DNA of 54,555 nt, the filler included, from Sphacelaria rigidula (Eukaryota), in the NCBI GenBank assembly GCA_964200075.2. It is 5 parts of 5 records of this genome, joined end to end, with 100 filler letters (N's around TTAATTAATTAA, not from the genome) between each part and the next. Parts side by side here need not be neighbours in the genome. Positions count along the whole stretch, not along the records: positions 10,933 to 21,763 come from CAXNAA020005836.1; positions 21,864 to 32,694 come from CAXNAA020005837.1; 3 more parts are not named here. One strand, 5' to 3'. The stretch's first letter is position 1; each line of letters opens with the position of its first letter. The position numbers were made by a program, and so were the translations under genes. Positions 11,339 to 24,654 of the stretch are shown here, in pieces. The notes under the pieces were generated by a model. The model was not told where the DNA came from, made no database searches, and saw only the letters and a program-made list of their open reading frames with translations.

Positions 11339-12025
11339 CTGTGGAGTATAAAACAAAGAAGTGCGTCATATCAGTAGACGGTGAACTAAATGCAGGGGTC
11401 GGCGCGAAATTGAAGGATATGAATCAGTCGACATATGAGCTCTCGAGGTTGTTTCGTATGATGGAAGGAGGGGGCAGGTTCCCGCCGGCAAAGGTCTCTT
11501 CACATGTTACCATCCCGACAGTGAGAATGGAACATCGCTCCCGCAAGAGCAACTCTTGTGAAAAACTGCTGTACTATAGCTACCCTGGTTTTTCTCGAAG
11601 AGTGCGTGTGGTTGTCGAGATATAGGGTACTCCCAAGCTGTAACAAGAGAGCATAGTACGGTACCGTCCAGCGTGATTCGAAACACGCTGCTAGCAGCAT
11701 ACTGAGCAACGATTTCGGCAAGAGTATATCGCAAGTGCACAGGCAGGAACATGACCCCACCAAAGCTCACACATCATCAGACTCGCTGGGGAGGACGCAT
11801 TTGTTCTTGGGCGACATGCCTCAAAATGCCTGTCCTGCACAAGCACACCGAGAAGAAGCAAAAAAGAAGCTTAGATTCGCGCGCACATGCCGTCTTGAAA
11901 TGCATGCGCGTACAACCCTGTCGATTTATATCCTGTACCACCCAGTGCCGCACATCAAAATGCGGCGCAGTCGTTCATCGATCGCCAAACTTGAGCCCAA
12001 CACGAGCCACACCACGCTTTCATAC

Positions 12026-12311
12026 CTTCTTGAAATTCCGGGGCTCGCTCCCACCCGCTCCTTCATCCTCAGATGTTCTCGTAGTCCCGCTGCCGCCGCC
12101 GCGGCTGGCTTGATGTCTTCTCCGGCCTCCGCCGCCACCAGAGTGGGCACCGCGAGCCTGCCTCAATTTGACAGCCTCCGCCCTTAATCGATCAACTTCA
12201 CCTCTCAATCGCTCCTCTTCTGCCCTGCGGCGACTCTCTTCATCCATGCCACTAAACGCTGACGCACTGGGACTATCAACCGGAATGGTAGCTTGCGAGG
12301 GTACCGCCAAC
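12026..12311 (-). CDS. Ala/Glu-rich helical orphan protein, exon
   Basis: caccag|G acceptor (phase 2) and AAG|gtatga donor (phase 0); coiled-coil-like EESRRRAEEERLRGEVDRLRAEAVKL. Confidence 0.8.
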
Positions 12312-12621
12312 CTGGTGCAATATGTTTCGTAGGTCATTAACGGGGTGACACGGGGGAGAAACGAAGAATACTTCAGTTAGCGATGTGAAAAGTCACCCCG
12401 TTATCTTGCAAGTACAGGAACAAGCAGATGTATACCTGCTCTTGTATAAAAGGCGAAAATTCTGACGGGGGCCCAGAGAGGTTTCTCTTTCACTCGCATT
12501 GGAGTGAACAGAAATGTAATGCAAGCATGCAGCATTCTGTTCTAAATTAATCAATAGACTTGATACCCGACAGCACACTCTGGGGCAGTGCTTGTTCATT
12601 GGCAGTCACTCCTCGTCTCAC

Positions 12622-13504
12622 CCGACATCACCCCCGGAGTTTGCCCTGGACCCGGCCTCCCCCGATTTCCCGTCACTATCGGAATCGGGGATGACCGGAG
12701 CCCCGAGTTCCCATGCCTTCTTTTGCAGTCGCATCCACAATGGCATATAGGTTGGCGCTCCCTCCCTGCCATCACTAAACCCTATCTTCGCCCGTCGTTC
12801 GCCCGCCCGCTTTGCGGGCTGGGCATGTCTTGGAGACGACTCCAAATCGCGTACACCATCAGCACTTGACAACTGTGCCACCGACTTGACGCCATGATCA
12901 CGCTTGTCCGCATCTAGCCAAGCCGTAGCCCTTGCCTCCGCTTCCGCCACTGCTGTTGTGCTGGCGTCGTCGCTACCACCACCGCCTCCGCGGCCCGGCG
13001 CATCTTCGCTGCCCGCAGTATTTGTGGTCGATCGGACAACCGCAGGACCGTCCGCTGCGCGCTCCGCCCGCCGCACAAGATCCCCTGCCGTCGCTACAGC
13101 CTCCGCTATGGCGGCGGCCCCGGATAACCATGCCCCAGCGTCCCCCTGCGCCGCCGCCCGAGCCTGGCCAAGCGCCGCTTGCGCGTCCGAGATTGCCATC
13201 GCCGCCTCTCGCGACGACATGAGGCTCCGGTTCGCCGACGATGACGCGAGGCGGTCGCCGGCAGCGCTGAGCGCTTCCGCAAGTCCCACCAAGGTCTCAA
13301 GTACCCGTACTCGCTCTGCCGACACCTGAAACGTCCGTTCACGCGCCCGCGTCACTGTAGCTTCCGCTTGTGCCACCGCCACCGCCGCCTCTTGCACGCT
13401 GTCAGCCAACGCACGGGGCCCAGAAGACCCGGTCAGGGGCGGCGAAGGACGGCGCGAATGGACAAAGGCGGAGGCAGCCGTGGCGAGATCCTGACGTGGT
13501 GCAC
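12622..13504 (-). CDS. Ala/Glu-rich helical orphan protein, exon
   Basis: ttttttcaacag|GT acceptor (phase 1) and GG|gtgaga donor (phase 2); in frame with ORF 12618-13409. Confidence 0.85.
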
Positions 13505-14179
13505 CTGTTGAAAAAAATCCACGTGAACGGGGATTGGTTGATGCCGTTCATCGTCTACAGTGTACGGCACAGCTGATGAATGCAGTAGGTAGACGAAAGT
13601 ACACTACAGGAACTGAAACAATGCGCACAAGTAATTGCTAGTTTAGTGAGTATGTTGCTCGTAAATCTTCGAGTGGATCTGGATGGGAAACGTATTGGTC
13701 AAGGACGGGGTGTCTCCCGATGGCACCAATGCGGGAATATGCGTACCGATTGGAGGACTGCTGCTGGGTGCTGCCGTGCTCTGCTATGAAAAAGAGGTTG
13801 GCCACCGCATGGACGCAGAGTCAAGCGAAGAATGTGCGCCTTAGTCCTAGTGCTTGACCTCTGTTTCAAAGAGGGTTGATATCCCATGATTTAAAAATAA
13901 CTCCTGCTTGGACGCCGTACGTGATCTCCGCATGGATTCATTCCACTTTGTTTCCAGAGGTCACCCCGCAATATGCAGTAGGCGTATATATACAACCTCT
14001 TTCCTTATACAAACTGGTAGACTTTCGTCTCTCATCACATACGCAGCGGTGCCGAACGCCTCGCGAGCGCAACTTTATGCCAGTGTGCCCATGTGCATGA
14101 CTCAATACAGTGCTACTCGCCAACCTCTCAACCACGATTATGAGTGAGGTAGCAACTACTCACGTCTAGCAAGTTTCAC

Positions 14180-15512
14180 CTGCATCAAGAACTACCGAAG
14201 TTGCCACAGCAGCGGCACTGGTGAAATCTCTCGCCCGTTGCATTGCCTCAGCCGTCAAGGACACCAGCGGCTCTCCCGCTACTTGAACGTTTTCGTCGAG
14301 TCCAGCCAGGGTGGTCAAGAGTCTGTCGAGGCGCTTCGTGGCTGCCCCAAACCCGGCTTCGCGTGCCCTCTTCTCTTCCGCGGCCACCTCGACTACCTTC
14401 TCGAGTCGGCCCAGCTCTGTCGCGAGAGCCTCCAAAGCACCGCGCATCCGCACCCCTGAGCCCGTGTCTTGGACAGCGCTCATAGCCTGCTCTACTGTTT
14501 CCGTTGCCTCGGCTACGGAAGGGTCGCCCATAAGCTGGAGTTCGACCACCTGCTTTCTAAGCGCGTCGCCCCAATGCAAGGCCAGAGTTAGCGCCTCTTG
14601 TGCCGTCCGTTGCGAGCCGTCCAAACTGGCAGGCGTTTCCTGCACAGACGCTCTTGGCCCTTCTGTTGACCGCACGGTAGCACGGTCCCCTGCTATTGCT
14701 TCCAAGTTGTCCACAACCGCCACGTCTCCACGCTCCTTCAACGGAGGGTTTGCCAGCGCCGAATTCAGCAACGATTCGAGCACGGTCACGTATCCCGTCG
14801 CCTCAGAGACTGCCTCCTCGTCCCAAGCAAGTCCACCCCGGCCCGCACCGCCGCTCGCATCATCACCACATTCGTCACCACGACCACCGCCGCCAGGCAA
14901 GAGATAGCCGCTACTCAGAGGGCTTTGTAGCCTCTCACGAGCGCGCGCCAAAGCCGTGCTGGCTACCTGCACGGCATGCTCTACACCGATCGTGTTCGAC
15001 AGGGCGTCGGAGTCCGCGATAATAGAGCTGACGCGCCGGAACCGAGCCTCCGCGGCCGCTAGAAGCGACCTGAGCTTAGCGCGGAGTCCGCGCAGTTGAC
15101 CCAAACGCTCTGTGAGGTGCGCCACCGCCTCCTCCGCAGCTGTAGCCGCCTGTTGCGCTTCTTCAACCGCCCGCTCTTCCACATCCGCGTAAGTTAATCC
15201 TGCACTACCGGTGCCATCTACCGACATGTTCTGAAGCGAAGACGACGTCAACGGGTTGTCGAGCAACGCGCGCGCTTTGTCACAGGCTAGCTCTGCCTCG
15301 ATGCACGCCCGCACGGCCTGCGACATTACGTCCCCGGCGGCAATTGCTTCTTCTTCTCCCACTCCTGGTGCAATGTCTCCTGTTCGTCTACTCGAGCGAA
15401 CTTCTTCATCCGCATCGAGGCTTGCCTGGGCCTGGGCCAGCACATCGGTGCTTACGACGAGGGTGGAGTGAAGCATCTGACGTTTGGACACAGCGGCTTT
15501 TACTCGTGCTGC
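14180..15512 (-). CDS. Ala/Glu-rich helical orphan protein, exon
   Basis: ccgcgtag|GCA acceptor (phase 0) and GCAG|gtgaaa donor (phase 1); 444 open codons, GC-rich. Confidence 0.85.
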
Positions 15513-16690
15513 CTACGCGGAGATCCATGTCAGAACGGTGAAGAGGGATGGAGGGCAAACGCGATGGGTTCATTTGTGAGACTCGGGGGGCGCTCACTCC
15601 TCCTCGAGAACGTGGGGGGGGGATCTTGACTACCGAAAGCGCGCACCTTGGCGCCAAAAAGAGCCAACACTTTCCTCACGTGAACGACAACAATAACGAA
15701 GTCTGAACTACGCCGGTATAACGAAGTAGGACCCTTTCTCGTTCTAGAGCACATATCATCCGCTGTGGTTCCGCATTGCGCAATATTTCGAAACCACAAG
15801 CGATCCCTTTCAAGGCACTCTGAGAGATACACACGATGGCAATGAAAACACGAATGGTACAAAGGATTACAGATACCCGACGATGCGCGTCTTGCGCTAC
15901 GCTTGATACGTGCTGCACTCGTTGCAAAATATTCAAAACTCGCTCTCCCATACCAGCACGCACAGCCGGTTCTGCTAGGAAACCTGAAACTAGCGATCGT
16001 TTCCGAGGCATTCAAAGTTGACGAGTGCAGAATGTGACCGTTGCTGCAGCATTGTGAACTGTCGGGTGGTCGGGCTCTACTCGAGATCAGTTGCTTCTTT
16101 TGGACTTGCGGCATATCGGTATGATGCCCTTCTCCATAGAGTTTATACGCGTTATGAGTTACCGAGAAAAAAAGTAAACGTCGAAACATGGCCGTATTTT
16201 GGCCATCAACGGCTGGGAAAACTATTCAACAACCGCGCTACAACCTGCTAGGGAGTGAAGTGGTCGAGAAAAGGACTTGGCTCGACTTCAGAGCAACTTC
16301 TTTCACCGCAGATTCTTCCTTTAAATCTGGTTCAGTCCTAGCATCCGTATGCAACATATTTTGCTGCATTGGTATAATCGCGGGCAAGAAAAGTGTTCCG
16401 ATAAGGCTCCAATTCATAGCTTAACCGCCATTGCATCGGTTTTCATCGAAGATCTCCCGTACGCAACCAATGAACCATACTTTCACTCCCAGCAATTTTG
16501 TGGACAAGTCTTTTGATGGTCTCAATATTGGGCGGGATGTTAACAGGTTCTACTCATCATGAATCGACGGCGTACACAATCTGGCGCACAGTCGGTAAAC
16601 TAACCATGCCGCTTGTCCCTGGAAAGAGAAAAAGAAGAAGCGTTGCGGAGACGAATGTTCAAGAAAAACAAGAAAACGATGCATACTTGC

Positions 16691-17626
16691 CTGTTCGGTC
16701 GCGTCTCTCTGTGCCGCGGTGGCCTTCGCCGCGCTCGCCTCGACCAGCGCCTGCGGGTCGGCAACAAGTCTCTCGCCCGCTCCCAGAGCAAACAAAATCT
16801 CGTGAGCAGCCTTCAGGGCAATGTCGGCCTCTTTCACAGAAGCAGAACAGAGCTCGGAGACCAACTGGGCATCCGGCAGCGCTTTCAATTCCTCTACCAC
16901 TCTCGCAAGAGTAGCCTGCGGGCGCGCGAGCTCCTGCTGCCACTGTCTCACCTTCCGTGCGCGGCCACGCGCCTCGCGAAACACGCCCTCCGCGCCGACG
17001 GCCACTTGCACAGCACGTTCAACACGCCCCGCCAGCGCAGCTTCCGCTTCTTCGCCTTCGCCTTGACACCCCTCCGCCACCTCCAGACGCGCGGCGCGTA
17101 TCGCGGATAGTGCGTCCCTGACTGCGGCCACTGCCTTCGTGGCCGAACCCCCTCCAATCGCCGTGAGCTCCGAGAGATCGAGGGCTACGAGTGCCGCCGC
17201 GGGCCTATCGAGTCGGGCGAGCTCCCTTCGCCGCCGCTCGGTGCGCGCGCGTAACCGGCGGCGGGCCTTGGCCGCCGCGATTTCTACATCTCGCGCCGCG
17301 AAGAATGCGGCGTTGCAGGCTTCGAGAAACGCGTCCGCACCGCCATCCGAGGAAGCTGCGACCGTCAGCGACTCCTCGTAACGCTTGAGGGTCTGCTGAA
17401 AGGCAACGCGACCCATGCTCGACACGCTTCCCACAGCCATTGCCTCTTCTGCCTCCGACACCCTGGCCTCCGCTTGCTCGAGAAGGGACGCTGCGTTGTC
17501 GAAGCAACGGACCTTGCGCTGCGCCTCGCTCAAGCAGTCTTCCGCCGCGAACGTTTGTTTCAGGGCCGCCTGGGCCGCAGCTTGGTGGGCGGCCGGGTCC
17601 TCGGCTGCCTCCAGAGTGACAAGAAT
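16691..17626 (-). CDS. Ala/Glu-rich helical orphan protein, first visible exon (gene 5'-incomplete)
   Basis: ctctctgtacttcctgcgcgcag|ATT acceptor; 312 codons; probable CAG|gcaagt GC donor in phase 0. Confidence 0.85.
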
Positions 17627-18049
17627 CTGCGCGCAGGAAGTACAGAGAGAAGAGAAAAACGAAATGTGTCGGGATACTTTCCTGCAACGGGGGCCGTCAC
17701 CACTTGAAGACACGGGCTTTGATTTATATATATATATATATAATGCACAAATACGACATGACAAAATCGTAATGATTCTCGGGGGATTGAGCACCCACCC
17801 ATGGTCACAATTTGACACGCACTGTAGCGCAATCGTTTTGTTTTGTGTGATGAGTACTTGATGCGATGAGCCTGAGAGGGCTGCAGATCTCGCACTGTAT
17901 CACCCACGGCGAAACATAACGGTACATCGAAGAAAACAAGCGGAAAAAAAGAACTCGCTGGCACGGAATGCATATTAGGGAGGAGGGCACGACCAAAGAG
18001 GAGGATAGAGCGAAGGGCAAAGCGTTTGCGTAGGAGTTGGATTCACGTT

Positions 18050-21000
18050 GGGGAGCTTTCAGTAGCGATCTACCACGCTCGAACAGCGTCCCTCACGGGA
18101 CGGAGCGGGGCAGGTCATCCTGAGGTGTTTTTCCCCACAGGTGCAAAACGATGAAATGTGATGCTTTAGGCTTGAAGGCGACACCCAGTCCAGGCAGAAA
18201 TGAGTTTGTTCCTGCGGGACACCGTGCTTTCTGGTGTGGGCGGAAAAGGGCAAGTGAAGGGATGGGCAACGTGAGGTCGGGTTGGTGGTCAACGAGCCGA
18301 TCATCTGCGAGGTATCGTGGACACATACGTTCATCATGAAGCGCCTTAAATCGATTACTTGCAACTTGCCGGGCGAGTCGCACGTGGTCACGTTGATACT
18401 TGTTCATTCTCCAAGGAACACGCCGAGATCAAAACAGGAGGGATGTGATCTGGACGTGCCGCAGGAGTAGAAAGAAAGCACCATCAAAGTGCTACACAGG
18501 AAGGACGGGACAGAGGGTAGTCCAAGATATATGGGGGGCCTCCCTCTCGGGGTGCAAGACGGTCGAGTGCTTATACAAAGTCGTAGCCAACAGGTTTGGC
18601 AGCTGCGACGAGACGGGATTCTTTCGAAGAAACAGGGCGGATCCTGGCGCCAACGGTCATCTATCGACGCTATGTATGCCCTACGCTGACTCCCGGAGTT
18701 GGCACGGGAGAGCGGCACCTCATTAGACATGTGCCTCGTTCATCAGCACAAGGCGTATCAATCGGTCGACTGCATTCTGCTGTGGGAAGCGATTGCCCGC
18801 TTGGGAGTTCTACAGCGAATGATCAAGGTCATTTGTATATTCCACGAGAACATGCAAGCTCAGGTGTAGCTGAATGACGGGAAACTATCAGAAAGGTTCA
18901 CCGTCTGCTGCGCAGCTGTACAGACTGGGCCGCCTGAGAAGGGGGCTTTCCTATGACATATCGGGGTAATCTGCAGTTCAACGCGCGTCTTTCACTTCAC
19001 GTACTGCGATCTGACAAGTTCCCATCAAACGAAATACCAAATTGTAGTCAGCTGCGAAGTGTAGAGAGTCGAGGGTGACATATGCGGCGGAAGTAGGGGG
19101 GGGAAACGGCTGAAATCGCATTCGGTTAGTGTCGGTTGTGCCGCGGCCGCAAAGTGATGGTGCTGCACAAGTTGTGGTTGTACAGCAGTCGTACTGCAGG
19201 CGCTCAGTGTCTGAGATGGCACGCAGACGAAACCTCCTGCGCGCCAGGTCGTCTGGTAGTAGTGTGCAAACTGGTGAGTAGTGGATGAAAAAAGCTTTTG
19301 TTTTCCCCCGTAAGTTACTGGCGACTAAATATTTCAGAACAGTTTTTCGGAACTAAATCGTAGAAAACTCACGAAAAAAAGGGGGAAAGTAGGGGGAAGA
19401 TGATGGAGTCTTCGCACATACGTCCTGCACATCGTGTCAAAATTTCATAAAAACGACCCAAAATTGAGCTGCATAATCGCGTGTTCACATCCCTCTCCAC
19501 GTCTTGGGCAGTCCAGCCTGTAGTGACTGGCGTATTTTGGCACCTATTCGCGTGACAGTGTTGGCTCTTGGTCCTGTAGAAGGGGCGCCACTTGAGAGGA
19601 CGCGACGCGCGGTGCGGGGGATGCTGCACGCGGATGGCCAAGGGGTACGGCCGATGTCTCCGGCTGTGCTCGCTAGGATCAACGCTGTAGTAATTGTGGC
19701 CTACCACACGCTCGGGCCAAAATTATCAGAGAACAAGATAGACGCCACGACTCGACGGTCAGTACCGCATTCTCCGGAGACTGCACAGCAAATGGGGGGC
19801 GGCAGGCCAGTAGTACAGATGGTCAGGTCCGTCACGCATAGATCGTGCGAGTATTTGTAGCCTACTGTAGAGCTTTTCGGGGCGATGTCGGTATGTATTG
19901 AGGAATTATACATCCCCCGTAGTACAGGGTCGGGGAGCACTGGAAAATGATGTCAAGATAGCATTTCAGGAGAGGCGACAGCCCCGTGCTGTTCAGTCCG
20001 AAACACGCCCCAGGGACAATCCTTGCGCGGCTCATGAGTCGTGTAGTATCGGGTGTGCGAACATCATGAGAATAGTGGAAAAGAGCGAAAGTCAACTTGG
20101 TACATGGCATGAATGGTCAACCCAATCAACCTTGAAAGTGCGACACCAACTCTACCTGATCGTTGGTGCACTGCGTGCCCGGTGGGCTGTGACTGCAAAA
20201 AGGAGTTGCACAGAGGTAAACCGTGACTGGGCTCGCAGCACCTGCGCTTGCAGCATGTGCAGACCCCCGTGCTAGATGCCGCCCCATCCGAAACGTGGAA
20301 CCATTGGTGCTATAAACGAGGGCGCGAATGCTTCCATCGCAATCAAGCATCGCATCAAGGCTGCGGGGAAGCCCCGCAAACCGTATACTTCCTCTGTCCC
20401 ATAAGTCTGTGCCGTCATGTTCGTTTGATCGTTTGGGTATTTCAACGCTGACGATCACCCTACAGTTGGGTTCGTTGGAGAAAAAACGCGCAGACGAAGC
20501 TGACTCAAGAAAAGAAGAGAAGGGGGGAAAGTTGTTTTCAATACTAAAAATAGTTCAACATATACCCCACTCTGGCCCCTTTTGGTCCACTTACACCTCA
20601 ATGTTGACCGATTTTGGACGTTCTCACGTCGAGTACTAGCGATTACATGCTGAAAATTTGTTAGATGGGGCGTGCGTAGGTTAACGTTACGGAGATATCC
20701 GAATCAGTGGTGGTTTTGCGGTTTTCACATTTTTTCGCGACTTTTCGCGATTCCCGGGCCTGTTATGCTTTACTTGAAAAAATAGCGAAAAATGGCCATA
20801 TTTTGATCGACCCACTTTTTTTCAATCGCGAGGTTGCACGGGTCAAGCACCAACGTTGCAGAAAGGGTATTGTTTTAGCTAAAAAACGCCAACGAATGCA
20901 ACCAAAATATCGAAAATCAAATCGGACATCATTAAGGGCTCATACAAACATAACGGCACATAATTATGTGACAGAGGAAGTAGGTTCCAGCTCTGCGATC

Positions 21001-21680
21001 GGCCTCATGTTCAGCAACACATCAGCATCCGACAGATCACAGCGGAGGAGGTGGAAGTTGTGTTATAGGGGCATGTTAAATGGGTACTACGCCCACAGAA
21101 CTTCGAGAGCATGCCCTTGCGATGAAAGGGTCGCATTAGACACAAGACTCTTTCGTACAGAGCTGTGATTGAGATTGCCAAATGCAAACGTATCGAGACG
21201 ACCATCCGCACGCGTCAAGTCAGGTTCGCGGGGAGCCGCGTCTGGCATAGTAAACGAGTCCTCACGCGCATTATATTCGGAGCACTAACTCTGCAAGGAC
21301 CCAAGAAGGCTGGCCGGCCCCCGAAGCACAGGAGGGGCGCTTCAAGAAGAATCTGCGTGCCCAAGGAAGCATTCCACGTATGGAAGGGCGGAAGAGGCCA
21401 TTCGTTTACGGCGTCAAGGTCAATTCCATGCGGGATTGGGTCATTTCCGCTAAAACCGTGGACAAACGGTACCCAGGGTCGAGAAGAGACGCTAGAAGTT
21501 CACGGATGCGTGGCGACGATAAAACCTCCGCTCATCGGATTTACACCACAAGCAAGAGGCTACTGCACTGAGAGCTACGAAAGGACAGCCGCTAACATTG
21601 CCACAACAGCGGCAACAACAGCTCACGAGAAATCCAAGATACAAGTGGCCACCAGGGTGGTCTGCCTTGTCCCTGACTAG
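18050..21680 (+). mobile_element. Fragmented RTE-clade LINE: APE 18060-18420, RT 18440-18910 and 19500-19830, C-terminus 20930-21680, interrupted by other insertions
   Basis: Peptides CDALGLKATPSPGRNEF and VVNEPI (APE); DVPQE*KESTIKVLH, QRSSIDAMYALR, KAYQSVDCILLWEAIARLG and RRAVRGMLHADG (degenerate YADD); IETTIRTRQVRFAG and GPKKAGRP. Confidence 0.9.
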
Positions 21681-21692
21681 GGATGATGCCGA

Positions 21693-21763
21693 GGGGGGGG
21701 GGCGTACTCATTTGTTGCTTGCCTTAGTCATTTGACCATTGACCACGCATCCCTTTCGAGACG
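21693..21763 (-). mobile_element. LINE subfamily A 3' end with C-tail (cut by contig end)
   Basis: G10-cgtactcatttgttgcttgccttagtcatttgaccattgaccacgcatccctttcgagacg. Confidence 0.8.
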
Positions 21764-21863
21764 NNNNNNNNNNNNNNNNNNNNNNNNNNNNNNNNNNNNN
21801 NNNNNNNTTAATTAATTAANNNNNNNNNNNNNNNNNNNNNNNNNNNNNNNNNNNNNNNNNNNN
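21764..21863. other. Artificial contig-joining spacer
   Basis: Same 44N-TTAATTAATTAA-44N linker. Confidence 0.98.
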
Positions 21864-22499
21864 TCTCTCCAAACCTACGCTGAATACCGTCCACCGTACT
21901 TTTCGATTCTGGGGGCACATATAGATGTTCCCGACGAGGCGGGGGTCCCTGGCCTACAGCTGATGGAGTCCCTCGCTTGCAGGAAATGATCTGTGCTGAA
22001 AAAAAAGGCAAACTTGATCCGACATCGGCGAACATGATGACTCATACTTTTGCTTTTTCGGTATAACCTACACCATGTGTTCTAGGAAGCGATTGTTGGT
22101 ATGTAGCTCGGTGAATGAGAGTCCACCTGTGAGCTCGCCCCGATGGTTTATACATGAATATAGTTAAAACACAATGCGGCGGTTTCCATGCAACCGACCG
22201 GAACGGAATGGAGAAAAAGCGAAAATGAGCCAAGTACCAAGTCACCCCCACTATGCAACTGCTTGAAAAGTAATACTTCGAAGTAGTTCTGCACCCACTT
22301 AGCGCGCAGGCCATTCATGAGACGTCAATAGATGGGGGGTGAGTGGGGAGGTTTCTGGAATAGTTGGTTGCCGATCGTGTGGGGGGAAATTGAATGTCGT
22401 TGATGAAATACCTCCAGGCACCCACAGCCAGCTGGCATCCAACATATAAACCGGCGAAAATAATTTTTTCTCCGGTATCGATTTCCCCCCCTACTTTTC

Positions 22500-22700
22500 T
22501 TGTGTTATTTTCTTCGTCTACATTATTTTTTTCTATTTGTTCTACCCTTCTGTTTTCTCCACTTTTCTCAGGCGAGCGTTTCCATCTTATTTCCATCTCT
22601 GGTACATCCATCATGTGTGGATAATGACCGCGGCTGGATCGTGACTCCTGAGGGATCGGGTAACGCGCGACAACCAACCAACCGATCAATCAATCAATCG
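22500..22700 (+). repeat. Retroelement-like 3' tail family C with (caac/caat)n microsatellite end
   Basis: tgaccgcggctggatc..tgagggatcgggt..gcgacaaccaaccaaccgatcaatcaatcaat. Confidence 0.6.
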
Positions 22701-23000
22701 ACTACCTTCATGGGTGGACCAGTCAGCACTCCACACCTGGAATAACCAAAACGGTCGCTCAAAGGGTGGGACACTACAGCCGCGCGAGGTGAAGTTGCTG
22801 TACACGGAAAAGCGCTGAATTTAGATATTAAAAACGGCCCTTTTCATTCGCATTGCACCGCAGCATCGTTTTGCACTTTGTCAACTCCTTTTCTCGACTT
22901 TCGTATGACGTCTTTTCTCGTATATTTCGCTCGATTACGTCTATTTTCTGAACACGACTACATCGACCAATGTGAGATAATTGATCACCCGATTAATCCA

Positions 23001-23486
23001 GACCAACTCTAATGGGAGTCGTTCAAACTTCCGGTTGAAAACTGCCTTTCTCGCCCTTCTCCGGCGTTTTACGCCCGAAAAGAGGGCTAGGCGGATGTTG
23101 ACGCCTTGGGATGACTTGCTCTACTCGTTGAGACCGTTCCAGGGCAACTTTGCCTTTCCCACTGGCCGCAGTTCTATTTTTGACCAAACTTGCACATTTT
23201 CAATAAAGAAAACGGTCAAGTGATGAAAAAAAAAACAAGGGGAAAACTGGCAGTTTTTTTCATCACCTGAGTGTTATTTATTAAAAGTGCAAGTCTGGCC
23301 AGAAACAAAACTGCGGCCAGCGGGGAACGCAAAGTTACCCTTGAACGGTCTCAACGAGTGGAGCAAATCATTTCAAGGCGTCGATATCTGCCAATTATTG
23401 CTCTCTTTTCGGGCGTAAAACGACGGAGTAGGGCCCGAAAGGCAGTGTTCAACAGGGGTTTCGAGCGGCTCCCATTAGAGTTGGCC
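23001..23486. mobile_element. Foldback (palindromic) MITE
   Basis: Arms of about 230 bp are imperfect reverse complements; termini gaccaactctaatgggag and ctcccattagagttggcc. Confidence 0.88.
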
Positions 23487-24654
23487 TCATCGACGGAAAA
23501 AAATAGTGTAAATAGTGTCGAGCCAAAAATATGGCGTCATTGGCATGAATGAACGATCGTAGTTGTCAAGTGAAATAAAAGAATTTCAAACCGTGAGCTT
23601 CGGTCTTTCCCGTTGGACAGGCCGTCCAGAGTCATCAGCGCGCGCTATGCTTTTCATCACCTGCGGCAGGCGCTCCCTGCATACGTGCAGAAGGTTTATG
23701 CTGGTATCGCTGCCCAGCAAGCAGCCCCCGGCTTCATCGCATCCTAGGTATTTGCCTATCATGGTGACATCGCGCAAAGGACAAACAGGGTGAAACAATT
23801 AAAGAACGATCAAGACCTCTACTGTAGCGCAGGAACAACCTGGAAACACGGCAACCACCGGAATTCTTCAAATTTTACGGCCCATTTCATCAGTCAGAAG
23901 AGGTGTCCGGGTTATCTTCAGGGCATCCTTGTCTAATCAGTTTCAACATAGCGTGGTTTTCTATCTTCAGGCCGTATCTGTATTATCGAGCTTTAGGCTT
24001 AGGAGTGCTCAACCAACGCCTTGACCTTAGAGTAAACAATCTCGCGGCAACCTGAAAGTTATGTTTCACGGGACGGCATCTCCAGACTGGAACCAAGCGA
24101 TACTGTATACAGGTGTTGAACTAACGAAGAGGCTTGTTTGTTGAAGAAACTCCAGCTTCGAATCAAGTATTTTCTTCACAAGCATGTCTAAGCATGAAAA
24201 GTTTCACCTTGCCTCCTCGTACAGAAAGACAAGGTAGATGATGGCCGTGCGTGCACAAGAATCTCGTACAATAGTAGATTGAGGCGGCGAATAAAGCCAC
24301 AAAGTGCAATCTAACGTCTGTGTCCTACGGTGTACCGCACTCCGTGCTGGGCGCACAATACCGCATCCGCCTACACACACCGCTGCCATACTGTTGATGT
24401 GACCCATGCAAGTTGGGGTTACGAGCTGGGCCAGCGGATGTACTTTTTTTCGTAAGAAACGCGACGCCACGCTGAATTTGAAGAGGTGGGCGCTGAAATT
24501 TTGGCACGACATTTTCATCAAAAAGACGCCGAACATGTCGCGGGATACGAAGAAAAAAAAGGACACCACAACATTAGGACGACTCGAATTTCTGAGCAAA
24601 AACTAGGAAATGTCATAACTATGAAAAAAATAAAAAAACGCCGCATCTCGCAAT

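Noticed and set aside
11560-11840. Additional small exons of the Ala-rich gene
   Set aside because: AG/GT pairs exist, but the peptides are uncharacteristic and direct 12026-to-11338 splicing is already in phase.
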